From Acetobacteraceae bacterium (GTDB taxonomy: Bacteria > Pseudomonadota > Alphaproteobacteria > Acetobacterales > Acetobacteraceae), in assembly GCA_027353465.1 (NCBI GenBank), contig DAIEHR010000059.1:1-59774 (forward strand): a stretch of DNA of 59,774 bases, read 5' to 3'. Below, piece after piece: positions 1-9,920 of this stretch. Made by a program: the position numbers and the translations under genes. Below the pieces are notes generated by a model. That model was given only the letters and a program-made list of their open reading frames with translations. It did not search any database and was not told the origin of the DNA. Position 1 is the first letter of the stretch; every line of letters begins with the position of its first letter.

Positions 1-1
1 G

Positions 2-799
2 TGAAGCTGCGGCCGGAGGCACCGCACCCTGCGGCCGAACAGCCCGCCATACCACGGCCTTCGCCAGACGGTACCCCCGGCCTAGAAAGCGCCGGAGCGG
101 GCGGCGCCACCCATCGAAAACAGCGTGCCCCGTTTCGCCAAACACGGCGACCAACGCCCGCATAACCACATATCCGCTGGTGAATGCATGAAGCCGGTTG
201 GCGCGTCGGTAGTGGCGCCGGATTGCCCGGATCTGCTCCGCTGCATTGGCCGGCGGAGTGCTGCCGCGTTTGAAGCCCACCATGTAAATGTCGCGTGATG
301 CCCAGTTGGCGAAGAACGCCACCGGTTCGAGATGTTGTTCCAGTGCGAGCGCGGTACGAAAGTCGTGTTCGGTTAAATTGCGATAATATTCCCAGCCAAG
401 TCCGATTGTCAGCGGCGAGTCGGCCGGGCTGGTTCGTCTTGTCCCGTGTTCCTTACGCCCCGTTGTGGCGCAGGTCATGACAACCAGACCGCCGGGCCGG
501 CACAGACGGATCATATTGACCATCGTCTGCTTCCATTCCGGATTATGCTCCATCGCCTCGCATGAAATCACGGTATCGAAGCTGTCGTCCGGTGCGTTGT
601 AATCCTGGCCCGGACAAACGACGTCAACGCCGCGCCCAGGTGCGACATCAAGGCCAATGTAGCTTCCCCCCTCGAAAAACCGGCGCACCGACCCGTTGAT
701 ATCGAGGCTCCCAATCTCCAGCGTGCGGGCCGCATGGAAAAAGCCAGGAAACGCGGCCTTCAGAGTGGCAATGAATTCGAACTGTTCTGAATGGGCCAC
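2..799 (-). CDS. Class I SAM-dependent methyltransferase, 3' end beyond the window edge
   Basis: Not in the ORF track because it has no stop inside the window. Translated by hand from GTG at 799 (GGAG SD upstream): MAHSEQFEFIATLKAAFPGFFHAARTLEIGSLDINGSVRRFFEGGSYIGLDVAPGRGVDVVCPGQDYNAPDDSFDTVISCEAMEHNPEWKQTMVNMIRLCRPGGLVVMT. Motif I (LEIGS), GLDV, SFDTVIS..EH and RPGG are typical of SAM methyltransferases. Confidence 0.85.
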   Translation of the reverse strand, partial: MAHSEQFEFIATLKAAFPGFFHAARTLEIGSLDINGSVRRFFEGGSYIGLDVAPGRGVDVVCPGQDYNAPDDSFDTVISCEAMEHNPEWKQTMVNMIRLCRPGGLVVMTCATTGRKEHGTRRTSPADSPLTIGLGWEYYRNLTEHDFRTALALEQHLEPVAFFANWASRDIYMVGFKRGSTPPANAAEQIRAIRRHYRRANRLHAFTSGYVVMRALVAVFGETGHAVFDGWRRPLRRFLGRGYRLAKAVVWRAVRPQGAVPPAAAS

Positions 800-991
800 C
801 GATTAGACTCCATAAGCGGCCTTGACCGGCCTTGCCCTTCGGAACGGGCTAATACGCCCACGTCAGGGCGTTCCACCTTTTGCTGTGAAGCGCTTTTGAA
901 CGCTTCGCGAAGCAGACAACAACCGGCCCTATTCATCTTAGCAGATGGATCGAAATGAACTGTAATGTCAAGGCGCAGGACCGCCCTCCAG

Positions 992-2863
992 TCAACGCCG
1001 GAGGTAGGCGGACCAGCCTTTCTCGCGCCGGATCCGGTGCGTCAGAATGCGCTGGAGGCTGTTGATCGAGAGATTCGGGTTCCAGAATGGATCGTCGTCA
1101 AGTTCCCTTGCCCACCGAGAGCGCATGAAGTCTATCTCCGATTGAAAGCGGCGGAGCTTTTCGCCCTCCATATCCTCGCCCCTCGACGCTGATTCCTTGT
1201 GGTACAGTTCAGCAAATGGAGTCCATACATTCCGGTATCCGGCTGAACGGAACCTGAGGCACAGGTCCACGTCGTTGAACGCAACCATCAGGTTGCGTTC
1301 ATCGAAACCGCCGACTTCCAGGAACAGCTCCCGCCGGACTGCCAGGCAGGCTGCCGTCACCGCCGCGGCCTCGCGCACCACCGACAGCAATCCGAACGGA
1401 CCCGCTTCATTCCGGCCCGTACCGCGATATATGTGGCCAGCCACGCCATAGGGCCAGCCGATCCCCAGAAGGACCCCGGCATGCTGGATCGTGTCGTCCT
1501 CATATAGCAGCTTCGCGCCAACGGCCGCGACTCCGGGGCGAACCGCATGGGATACCATCTCGCGTAGCCAGCCCGGCCCGATAACCTCGGTATCGTTGTT
1601 CAGTAGCACGATGATTTCGCCACCGGCCAGGGCCACCGCCTGGTTGTTGATCCGGGAATAGTTGAACGGGCCGGGCAGCGGGATAATCCTGACCCGCGGA
1701 TCGCCGCGCCATTGCTCGAACAGCGCCAGGGTTTCCGGCTCCCGGCTGCCGTTGTCGGCGATAAGCAGTTCGATCGCCGGATAATCGGTCCTGTTCAAAA
1801 TACCATCCACGCAGGGCCCAAGAAGCTCGGGCGCGTCCCGAGTCGGCACGACGATCGATACCAGCGGCGCGGGGTTGGGAACCGGCCAGACAAGGCGCGG
1901 TGCGCCCGATGCCGTGTGAGACAGACGGCAAGCGGACTGGCCGGTGGCATCCAGGTAATCGCGCACCGCCAACGGCGATGGTTGTCCGGCGGGCGGCAGG
2001 GCCTCGCCAGAACCCGCGGTTCCGCGTGCATGATATAAAATGCTGGTAATATGGTGGACCGCTTGTCCCCCGGCCACGGCAACCGCCCGTAAAGCCAGAT
2101 CGTGCTCCGGGTCGCCCTGCGAGACTTGGGGGAAACCGCCGACGGCCCGGATCAGCTCTGCTCGGTAAGCGCCGCCACGCCCGATCGTATTCTGCGCTAG
2201 CAGCAAATCAGGATCGAAGTCTGGCTTGAACCAGGGATCGAAGCGCCGTCCGGATTCGTCGAGCCTGTCCTGGTCTGAATAAATGACCTGAAGCGAAGCA
2301 TCGGCGGTGGCCGCCAGGCCGATTTCGTACAACGCTTGCGGTGCCAGCAGATCGCCGGGATGCAGCAAAACAATCCACGCGCCCCCGGCAAGCCCCAGGG
2401 CGTCGTTGCTGGCTGCGGCCATACTTTCGGACGTGTCGCATAGGGTGCATACGATCCGTGAATCCAACGATGACGCCCGCGCGAGTACGCGGCCCACATC
2501 GTCTTCCGCGGTGCTGGTCCGGCAAATGCGCAACTCCCATTCAGGCCAAAGCTGCGCTTGGACTGACGCAATCGACGCCCGAAGATGTTCGGGGGTCGGA
2601 TTATCGACCAGCATCACGACGGAAACAGTGGGGCGCGCCGGCAAGTCAGCAATATGGGCGTGTATTGCGGCGATATCCGCCGATGATAGTGTGTCGTTGC
2701 GGCTTATCCAGCGGTCGTAGCGGACTGAACCGTGGGCCCGATACCAAGTCAGAAGACGGAGCAGGGTGGACGTGAACAGAAATCGCACCAGTCGATGCGT
2801 CCGCGGATTTCGCCTTATCCAAATGCGCGCCTGATCGAACGGCGTTATGGGAATTGCGGTCAT
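992..2863 (-). CDS. Two-domain glycosyltransferase family 2 (O-antigen/surface polysaccharide type)
   Basis: Tandem GT-A domains: PTVSVVM...SVQAQLWPEWEL...YSDQD, then PLVSIVVPTRD...ADNGS...LLNNDTEV...GGFDE...FNDVDLCLR. Confidence 0.9.
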   Translation of the reverse strand: MTAIPITPFDQARIWIRRNPRTHRLVRFLFTSTLLRLLTWYRAHGSVRYDRWISRNDTLSSADIAAIHAHIADLPARPTVSVVMLVDNPTPEHLRASIASVQAQLWPEWELRICRTSTAEDDVGRVLARASSLDSRIVCTLCDTSESMAAASNDALGLAGGAWIVLLHPGDLLAPQALYEIGLAATADASLQVIYSDQDRLDESGRRFDPWFKPDFDPDLLLAQNTIGRGGAYRAELIRAVGGFPQVSQGDPEHDLALRAVAVAGGQAVHHITSILYHARGTAGSGEALPPAGQPSPLAVRDYLDATGQSACRLSHTASGAPRLVWPVPNPAPLVSIVVPTRDAPELLGPCVDGILNRTDYPAIELLIADNGSREPETLALFEQWRGDPRVRIIPLPGPFNYSRINNQAVALAGGEIIVLLNNDTEVIGPGWLREMVSHAVRPGVAAVGAKLLYEDDTIQHAGVLLGIGWPYGVAGHIYRGTGRNEAGPFGLLSVVREAAAVTAACLAVRRELFLEVGGFDERNLMVAFNDVDLCLRFRSAGYRNVWTPFAELYHKESASRGEDMEGEKLRRFQSEIDFMRSRWARELDDDPFWNPNLSINSLQRILTHRIRREKGWSAYLRR

Positions 2864-3748
2864 GTTTCGTAGGATCTCATTGGCATGCAGAGGTGGATGG
2901 CGCGCTTCGCTGTGTTGTCGAAGCGCGGCTTTGTCCGTTTATGTCGGCTTAGCCCCTTGGGGTGCCCTGGATAGCATATCCGCGGATAGGTCCGGGTTGA
3001 CGGCGGCGAGGTCCGCGCCGCTGGTTGCACTACGGTTAAATCCAACTGGTCCTGTAACGGCACCTAAGAACGTCAACAAGTGAAGAAGGTTAACTGTTGC
3101 TACTACGGTGTGACAATGATTGCAAATTTGCGATCTTGTCTGATTTCTACCGCAACCTGACGTTCGGACCTCAATCCGCTCTGTGCCCGCCTGAAATGTG
3201 GGGTCAGGAAATAGCGGGCCGGGACGAGTGCATCCTCGATCACATATTTCCGGTTATGCCTGGTCTGCAGGGCGACGCGGGCGCCAGTTTGGGCGATCAA
3301 TGCCAGGGTCGCCTATGGAAGGCAAGGTCGCGGCGAAGGCGAACCCTATCGATCAGGAACAGGGCATCGGTTTTGACATAGAGTCGGCACGGTCCTTAGC
3401 AGGGGCCGAGCATATCGGAACGATGGACTCCCCGGGCGAACATGTCCGGATATGGATCAGGGCGGGGTTAAGAGCAGCAAACCGCCCAGGCCGTGCGGCA
3501 TGATCACCGCGATACCGCGGCGGGGACGCGCCGTAGTGTACGGGCCTTCGCGCGCCATGTGCCGGCCAGCAGCGGGACACTGAAGCAGGTGGAGGGATAA
3601 ACCGACGTCGTTGCATGCTCGCGATGTCTCAAGCGATTTGGTCCAACGACTCGTCCAATGCCAGCCGGCAGACCAAGGCTGGCGATAAAAATGAAAATGG
3701 ATGCAGGGGAAGTGAATTATCTATCACAGGCCCGTAATCTCGCGAAAA

Positions 3749-3825
3749 TGGTCGGAGCGGCGGGATTCGAACCCACGACCCCCAGTCCCCCAGACTGATG
3801 CGCTACCAGGCTGCGCTACGCTCCG
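3749..3825 (-). tRNA. tRNA-Pro (GGG)
   Basis: Reverse complement is CGGAGCGTAGCGCAGCCTGGTAGCGCATCAGTCTGGGGGACTGGGGGTCGTGGGTTCGAATCCCGCCGCTCCGACCA: 77 nt, cloverleaf, anticodon loop CT-GGG-GG, GTTCGAATC T-loop and encoded CCA. Confidence 0.97.
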
Positions 3826-3913
3826 ACCGCGGGGACGGGTCGTTTAACAGCCCCTGCGTCCGACTGCAATGCAGAGTCTGGAGTTTTGCGGCGATCGCGC
3901 CACATGGTTGGCA

Positions 3914-5497
3914 ATGATCGCTTTCGCTGCCCTTTTGGAACGCCTTGTGTTCACCCCCTCGCGCAATGCCAAGATCGCATTGCTGCGCCGGTATTTCGCA
4001 ACTCAGCCGGATCCGGATCGCGGTATTGGCCTGGCGGCGATCGCGGGGGATCTGTCGTTCAGTGCCGCCAAGCCGGGCTTGATCCGTGAACTGGCGGCCT
4101 CTCGCACCGACCCGGTGTTGTTCGAATGGTCATATGACTACGTCGGCGACCTAGCCGAAACGGTCGCCTTGATATGGCCCGCCCGCCCCGCCGCGTCGGC
4201 GCCCCCAACCTTGGCAGAGGTTGTGGAGACGCTGGAAACTGCCCCCAAGGCGGCGTTACCGGGCCTGGTGGCGGAGTGGCTGGACTGTGCCGATGCTTCC
4301 ACCCGGCTTGCCCTGTTGAAACTGATTACGGGCGGGCTGCGAGTCGGCGCCTCGACCCGGCTGGCGAAGATCGCCTTGGCGGAAATCGGCGGCGTCGATG
4401 CAGACGATGTGGAGGAAGTCTGGCACGGGCTTGAACCGCCGTATCTGCCGCTGTTCGCGTGGCTGGAGGGCAGGGGCCCGAAGCCCGATCCCGCCGGCGC
4501 GCCAGTGTTTCGTCCGCCGATGCTGGCGCATCCGCTGGAACCGGCCGATTTTGCGGCGCTTCAGCCATTGGACTGGCGGGCCGAGTGGAAATGGGACGGA
4601 ATTCGCGTCCAATTGGTGGCCACCGCCACCGGCCGGCGACTGTATTCGCGTGGCGCCGACGACATCTCGGGAACCTTCCCCGAGATCGTCGGCGCCATGG
4701 ACTTTCAGGCGGTGCTGGACGGCGAACTGCTGGTCATCCGCGACGGAGAGGTGGCGCCATTCGGCGATCTGCAGCAGCGCCTGAACCGAAAGACAGTGGG
4801 AGCGAAGATGCTGTCCGCGTTCCCCGTCGGCGTGCGGTTGTACGACCTGCTGTTCGACGGCACCGAAGACCTGCGGGGGTTGCCCTTCGATCATCGGCGG
4901 GAACGTCTGCAAGCCTGGTTTGCCCGCACTGCCCCGCGGCGGATGGACCTGTCGCCGTTGATTCAGTTTTCTTCGCTGGAGGAGCTGATGGTGCTGCGCG
5001 ACGGCGCCAGGGCGGCCTCGATCGAGGGGCTGATGCTGAAGCGGGGCGACAGCGCCTATCTGCCGGGGCGGGTTAAAGGGCAGTGGTGGAAGTGGAAACG
5101 TGACCCTCTGACGGTCGATGCGGTGCTGATGTACGCCCAACGCGGACACGGCAAGCGCAGCAGCTTTTACTCCGACTACACGTTTGGCCTGTGGCGTGGC
5201 GACGAACTGGTGCCTGTGGGCAAGGCCTATTTCGGCTTCACCGACCAGGAACTCGCCTTTTTGGACCGATGGATTCGCAACAACACCACCGCTCGGTTTG
5301 GACCGGTTCGAGAGGTGGAGAAGTCGATGGTGCTGGAGGTGGCGTTCGACGCGGCGCAACTGTCCAACCGCCATAAATCAGGCGTGGCGATGCGCTTCCC
5401 CCGATTGGCCCGCATACGCACCGACAAGCCGGCGGCGGAAGCCGACCGGTTGGAAACATTGATGGCGTTGGTCGAGGGACGGGCGCCGGACGGTTGA
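3914..5497 (+). CDS. ATP-dependent DNA ligase ('cisplatin damage response' bacterial family)
   Basis: Motif I EWKWDGIR, LDGEL, EGLMLK, WWKWK and C-terminal OB-fold SGVAMRFPR. The N-terminal SYDYVGDLAET is typical of this family. Start moved from 3869 to ATG 3914. Confidence 0.92.
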   Translation: MIAFAALLERLVFTPSRNAKIALLRRYFATQPDPDRGIGLAAIAGDLSFSAAKPGLIRELAASRTDPVLFEWSYDYVGDLAETVALIWPARPAASAPPTLAEVVETLETAPKAALPGLVAEWLDCADASTRLALLKLITGGLRVGASTRLAKIALAEIGGVDADDVEEVWHGLEPPYLPLFAWLEGRGPKPDPAGAPVFRPPMLAHPLEPADFAALQPLDWRAEWKWDGIRVQLVATATGRRLYSRGADDISGTFPEIVGAMDFQAVLDGELLVIRDGEVAPFGDLQQRLNRKTVGAKMLSAFPVGVRLYDLLFDGTEDLRGLPFDHRRERLQAWFARTAPRRMDLSPLIQFSSLEELMVLRDGARAASIEGLMLKRGDSAYLPGRVKGQWWKWKRDPLTVDAVLMYAQRGHGKRSSFYSDYTFGLWRGDELVPVGKAYFGFTDQELAFLDRWIRNNTTARFGPVREVEKSMVLEVAFDAAQLSNRHKSGVAMRFPRLARIRTDKPAAEADRLETLMALVEGRAPDG

Positions 5498-5549
5498 CCG
5501 CTGTTCCTCGCCGTGCTGGCCTGCGTAAAATACCAAGGTGGAACCTGCC

Positions 5550-6338
5550 ATGTCATTGATAACAAACGCCACCAAGGCGCGGTTGCGCGGTGGGCAGATC
5601 GCCCTGGGTTTCGGCGTCCATCATTTGCGCAGCGTCGCCACCCCGATGATCGCGGCGGCCACCGGCCACGACTGGCTGTTCATTGACAGCGAACACGGTG
5701 CGTTCACGGTGCAGGAAACTACCCAGCTTTGCCTCGCCGCTCTACCGACTGGCGTCACCCCGATCGTTCGGGTCTGTGCCGGCGCCATCGATGAAGCAAC
5801 ACGGGCGTTGGACAACGGGGCGTTGGGGATCGTTGTCCCGCATGTCGATACCGAGGCCGAGGCGAAGCGGATCGCGACCGCCTTCCATTATCCGCCAATG
5901 GGTCGCAGAAGCTGGGGCGGACCGCCCGCGTTGTACGGTTTTCGTCCACCCTCCAGCGCCGAGGCACAAGGCGCCATCAATGCGGAAATTCTGACCGTCG
6001 TCATGATCGAAAGCCCCGAGGCGGTAGCGAACGCCGAAGCCATTGCCTCGGTTCCCGGTATCGATGTGCTGTTCATAGGCACCTCTGACCTGACCGCCGA
6101 AATGGGGATCTCTGGTCAAATGGATCATGCCAAGGTTGTCGAGGCTTATCAGGCGGTGGGCGCTGCTTGCCGCAAGCATGGCAAGACACTGGGCATGGGC
6201 GGAATTTACGATGAGCAGAACGCCGCCCGCTACGTCGGCATGGGCGCCAGATTTATCCTCAGTGGATCCGATCACAGCTACTTGCTGTCCGGCGCAAACC
6301 AGCGATCGGTGTTCTTTGATCGCCTGAACAAAGGGTGA
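5550..6338 (+). CDS. HpcH/HpaI aldolase family protein
   Basis: DWLFIDSEHG, ALDNGALGIVVPHV, VMIES and DVLFIGTSDL motifs. Confidence 0.9.
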   Translation: MSLITNATKARLRGGQIALGFGVHHLRSVATPMIAAATGHDWLFIDSEHGAFTVQETTQLCLAALPTGVTPIVRVCAGAIDEATRALDNGALGIVVPHVDTEAEAKRIATAFHYPPMGRRSWGGPPALYGFRPPSSAEAQGAINAEILTVVMIESPEAVANAEAIASVPGIDVLFIGTSDLTAEMGISGQMDHAKVVEAYQAVGAACRKHGKTLGMGGIYDEQNAARYVGMGARFILSGSDHSYLLSGANQRSVFFDRLNKG

Positions 6339-6374
6339 TGCAACCATGCCGCGGCAGCTTTCGTTCGCGGCGGC

Positions 6375-7346
6375 ATGGCAATACTCAAGTCGCTGAAAGA
6401 TACGTTTGACACCATTTTCGGTCTGACGCCCGATCAACTCGGGGTTCCGCCCGCGCCGGCGTTTATCGCCAGCGATAGCATCACGGTGCCTCCTGGTGGT
6501 TTCACCGATCTGTATGCGTTCGGCGACAGCCTGTCCGATGCCGGCAATATTGGTTATCTGTCGCGGGGGCTGGAGCCGGCCGCTCCCTATAATGCGGGCC
6601 GCTTCACCAGCGGCAATGTCTGGGTTCAGGATCTGGCGGTGAATTTGGGCCTTCCGGCGGTCAAGGACAGTCTGCAAGGCGGCACCGACTATGCTTACGC
6701 CGGCGCGGAAACCGGCGCTAATCCCCAACATACGGCATTGCCGACCGACCTGCCGTCGCAGCTCCTCCAGTTTGAGCTGAATACGCCGCGGCCGTCGGCG
6801 AATGCGCTGTACACGGTTTGGGCGGGTTCGAACGATATCCTGGGATTGGCGGATTCCAGTCTGACCCCCGCCCAACAACAGGCAGGCGCCCAACAGGCCG
6901 CGAACAATGAAGTGTCGATGATCAAGGGGCTGATTTCCCACGGCGCGAAGAATTTGGTCGTGTTGGACGTTCCGGATTTGTCGAAGACTCCGTCCGGGCT
7001 GGCGGCGCCCAATACCGCGGCGACCAAGGCCGCGCTCGCCCAGGCGTTCAACGCTGACCTGGGAGCGGGGCTGCAAGCGATCATGGCGACGGGCGCGGCG
7101 AAGATCGACTACATTGATACCTTCGGACTGCTCGATGGCGTTATCGCCAACCCGGCGCCATTTGGATTCACCAATGTCACCCAGCCCCTGTGGACTGGCA
7201 ATTACACAGACCCCAGCAGTGGCGGCCTAAGGGCAGTGGGCGCCGCCCAGGCCGGCTATGTATTTTTCGACGGCCTGCATCCGACCGCGCAGACCCATTA
7301 CCTGCTGGCGGCGAGTGTGACGCAGACGCTGACCGGAACCGCCTGA
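6375..7346 (+). CDS. SGNH/GDSL lipase/esterase
   Basis: Block I FGDSLSDAGN, block II YAYAGA, block III GSND and block V FFDGLHPT. Confidence 0.9.
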   Translation: MAILKSLKDTFDTIFGLTPDQLGVPPAPAFIASDSITVPPGGFTDLYAFGDSLSDAGNIGYLSRGLEPAAPYNAGRFTSGNVWVQDLAVNLGLPAVKDSLQGGTDYAYAGAETGANPQHTALPTDLPSQLLQFELNTPRPSANALYTVWAGSNDILGLADSSLTPAQQQAGAQQAANNEVSMIKGLISHGAKNLVVLDVPDLSKTPSGLAAPNTAATKAALAQAFNADLGAGLQAIMATGAAKIDYIDTFGLLDGVIANPAPFGFTNVTQPLWTGNYTDPSSGGLRAVGAAQAGYVFFDGLHPTAQTHYLLAASVTQTLTGTA

Positions 7347-7441
7347 TCAGGCGGCCTTGGCCAAGGTTATGCCGGTGGCGTCAAAATTGGCGAACAACCC
7401 TGCTTGCTGCGCCGCATTGAGTTGCAGGTGCGGCGGATTCT

Positions 7442-7924
7442 TCAACATCCGGACGTCCCCTCTTTATTCCCGGGTCGTTTGGCCCGTGGCGCCTTTCCGG
7501 GCCATTCGACGATATGGTCCTCCAACGCGCCGGCCCGCCGTTCGCTGATCGCTCGGCCGCGCACCGAGACACCGGCCTGATGCACTGTGTCCGGGTCGCC
7601 GGAAACCAAAGGATGCCACCATGCGAGGCCCTTACCGTCGCGAACACGGCGGTATGCACACGATGGCGGCAACCAATCGATATCCGCCAAGGCGACGGGT
7701 GTCAGGCTGACGCAATCCGGCACGCGGCGCTGCCGCCGTGCGTAGTCGCTGCATTGGCAGGAATCGAGATCCAGCAGCCGGCAGGCAACATTGGTAAACG
7801 ATAATTCGCCGGTATCTTCGTGCCGCAGTTTGTGCAGGCAGCAGCGGCCGCAGCCGTCGCAAAGGGATTCCCATTCCTCACGGGTCATCTCCTCCAGCGA
7901 TTTGGTTTTCCAGAAAGGTTCCAT
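7442..7924 (-). CDS. ycgN: YcgN (UPF0260) cysteine-cluster protein
   Basis: [30 protein letters not shown]...WLPPSCAYR...WHPLVSGD. Confidence 0.9.
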   Translation of the reverse strand: MEPFWKTKSLEEMTREEWESLCDGCGRCCLHKLRHEDTGELSFTNVACRLLDLDSCQCSDYARRQRRVPDCVSLTPVALADIDWLPPSCAYRRVRDGKGLAWWHPLVSGDPDTVHQAGVSVRGRAISERRAGALEDHIVEWPGKAPRAKRPGNKEGTSGC

Positions 7925-8004
7925 GTCCAGGCAGCCTAAAGCGACGGGCGTGGTTTAGCTACCTGCCGGGATGCATCGCGCACCCCGGCACGGTGCAAAT
8001 GTTA

Positions 8005-8868
8005 CTACCTTGGCGGCGCGAGGTTTTGCTCCTGCACCGGTCCATGCCCGCCAGCCGGCGGCGGCGGCGACAAATACCCATCCTGCGGTGCCGACGTGTT
8101 GGGTTGCATCCCTGGCGCCTGATATTGCGGGTAGGCCGGTGCGTAGCCCTGCCGCTGCTGCGGCACAATCGGCGCGGCCGCCCCTGACGCCCCGTAACGG
8201 GTCAGGACGTCGCGCAGCGGATCGGCGCCCGGGTTGCTCCCCTGCATTTGCATCACCAGCTGCCGCGCGCCGTATGGCTGGCCGTAATAGGTCTGATCGG
8301 CTTCGGAGTCGGTGGACATCACGCTGCCTTCCAGCGCGACGCCGCCGAACAGCCCGCGCGATGCCGAGAACGCGACGATATCCGCGCCCACCGCCGTGGT
8401 TGTCGAGCCCTGAACCCCAGCCCCATACGTCGCCACCGCGATACCGGCGTTGGCACCGAACTTGATCTGGCTGTCCAGAAGGGCGTTGAGGCCTTTGGTC
8501 GTCATGATCAGCATCATCAGCTGATTGTCCTCGATCCCGAACTGGAAGCCGAAGCTGCCACTGCCGATCGTATAAAAAGCGGGGTAGGACCATGTGCCGT
8601 TGCCCGCGCGTGCCAGCAGCACGCAATTGCCGCCCTCGCCGCCGAAGAAAAAGCCGGCCTTGAAGATGCGGGGGCAGATCATCACGCCCTTGGCGTTGCG
8701 CAGCAAGGTCTTCGGGTCCTGCGACACATTCTGCGTCATCATGTCCTGCACCGTCAGTGCGGCGCGGTCCACGACGCTTTGCTGGGCGCCTGGCGCGCCC
8801 CCTGTGGCGCACGCGGTCTCTAATAACGCCGTTACCGCAAGCGCGGCCAGTCCCAGGTAGCGGTTCAT
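8005..8868 (-). CDS. Ysc84/SYLF lipid-binding domain protein, probable lipoprotein with Pro/Gln-rich tail
   Basis: AKGVMICPRIFKAGFFFGGEGG...GSFGFQFG...SRGLFGGVALEG. The signal peptide ends ETAC. Start set at ATG 8868 after a GGAG SD. Confidence 0.85.
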   Translation of the reverse strand: MNRYLGLAALAVTALLETACATGGAPGAQQSVVDRAALTVQDMMTQNVSQDPKTLLRNAKGVMICPRIFKAGFFFGGEGGNCVLLARAGNGTWSYPAFYTIGSGSFGFQFGIEDNQLMMLIMTTKGLNALLDSQIKFGANAGIAVATYGAGVQGSTTTAVGADIVAFSASRGLFGGVALEGSVMSTDSEADQTYYGQPYGARQLVMQMQGSNPGADPLRDVLTRYGASGAAAPIVPQQRQGYAPAYPQYQAPGMQPNTSAPQDGYLSPPPPAGGHGPVQEQNLAPPR

Positions 8869-9039
8869 GCCTGTATTTCTCCCTGCGTCCCGAATAAGTC
8901 TTGCATAGGCCACATGGCCGAGTCGGACAGAGCTTGTCCAAGCACAACGGCGAAACTACGGCACGTCGCTTGCTTTGCCCCTGGTGCGGCGGGCCGTCCC
9001 GACGTGTTAAACGAATGCGTTGGCGGCAGGAGGGCAGGG

Positions 9040-9900
9040 ATGACGGCAGGTACAGAGACCAAGGGCATCGGCCGGCGCGGAATGACTGCTTGCGCCGCTG
9101 TGCTGCCCTTTATGGGTATGATCGCTTCAGCGCAGGCGCAGTCCGGTGCTGCCAGCACGTTCGAACGGGTGCGCGGCAATAAGGTCCTGCGGATCGCGGT
9201 TTATGCGGGCGCCTTGCCGTATTTCCAAAAGGACCTCGCCAGCGGGGAGTGGTCGGGCGCCTGCATGTCGATGGCCCGGGACCTGGCAGAGGTGTTCGAC
9301 GTGAAGTTGGAGTATTTGGAGTCCACCTATGGCAATGCGGTATTGGACCTGCAGTCCAACAAAATCGACCTCGCGTTCGCCTTGAACCCAACTCCGCGGC
9401 GGGCGATTTCCATCAGCTTCACTCAGCCGATGATCACCCACCCGTTCGGGGCGCTGGCGAAGAAGGGTTTGGCGCCGAAAACCTGGGACGATTTGAACAA
9501 GCCGGACCTGACCGTGGTGTTCGATATCGGCAGCCTGCATGAAACCGCGGCGCGCCGGTATTGCCCCAAGGCGAAGCTGATCGGCTACAAAACCAGCGAC
9601 GAGTGCAATCTGGCCCTGCAATCCGGGCGCGCCGATGCGTTCATCCAGGCGGCGCTGCTGGGTTTGGCAGCGGTGGGCAAAAACCCGTCCATCGGGCCGT
9701 ATTACCTGCTGTCCAACCCGACAGTGGCGCTGCCAAGCTGCATCGGTTTGCAGCGGGAGCCGGATACCCGCTTCCGCGAGGTGGTCGATGCCTGGCTGGC
9801 GATGAATCGTGGCACCGGCCAAATTCGGGAATGGATGCTGGAAGGGCTGGCGATCACCGGCGTCACCCGCGAGCAGGTTCCGCCAGCCCTGGAATTCTAG
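9040..9900 (+). CDS. Polar amino-acid ABC transporter substrate-binding protein (SBP_bac_3)
   Basis: AGGAGG SD, twin-Arg-like signal peptide, LQSNKIDL..TPRRA..SFT and ALQSGRADA motifs. Confidence 0.85.
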   Translation: MTAGTETKGIGRRGMTACAAVLPFMGMIASAQAQSGAASTFERVRGNKVLRIAVYAGALPYFQKDLASGEWSGACMSMARDLAEVFDVKLEYLESTYGNAVLDLQSNKIDLAFALNPTPRRAISISFTQPMITHPFGALAKKGLAPKTWDDLNKPDLTVVFDIGSLHETAARRYCPKAKLIGYKTSDECNLALQSGRADAFIQAALLGLAAVGKNPSIGPYYLLSNPTVALPSCIGLQREPDTRFREVVDAWLAMNRGTGQIREWMLEGLAITGVTREQVPPALEF

Positions 9901-9920
9901 GTTCGGCGGGAGGGTCCCCG

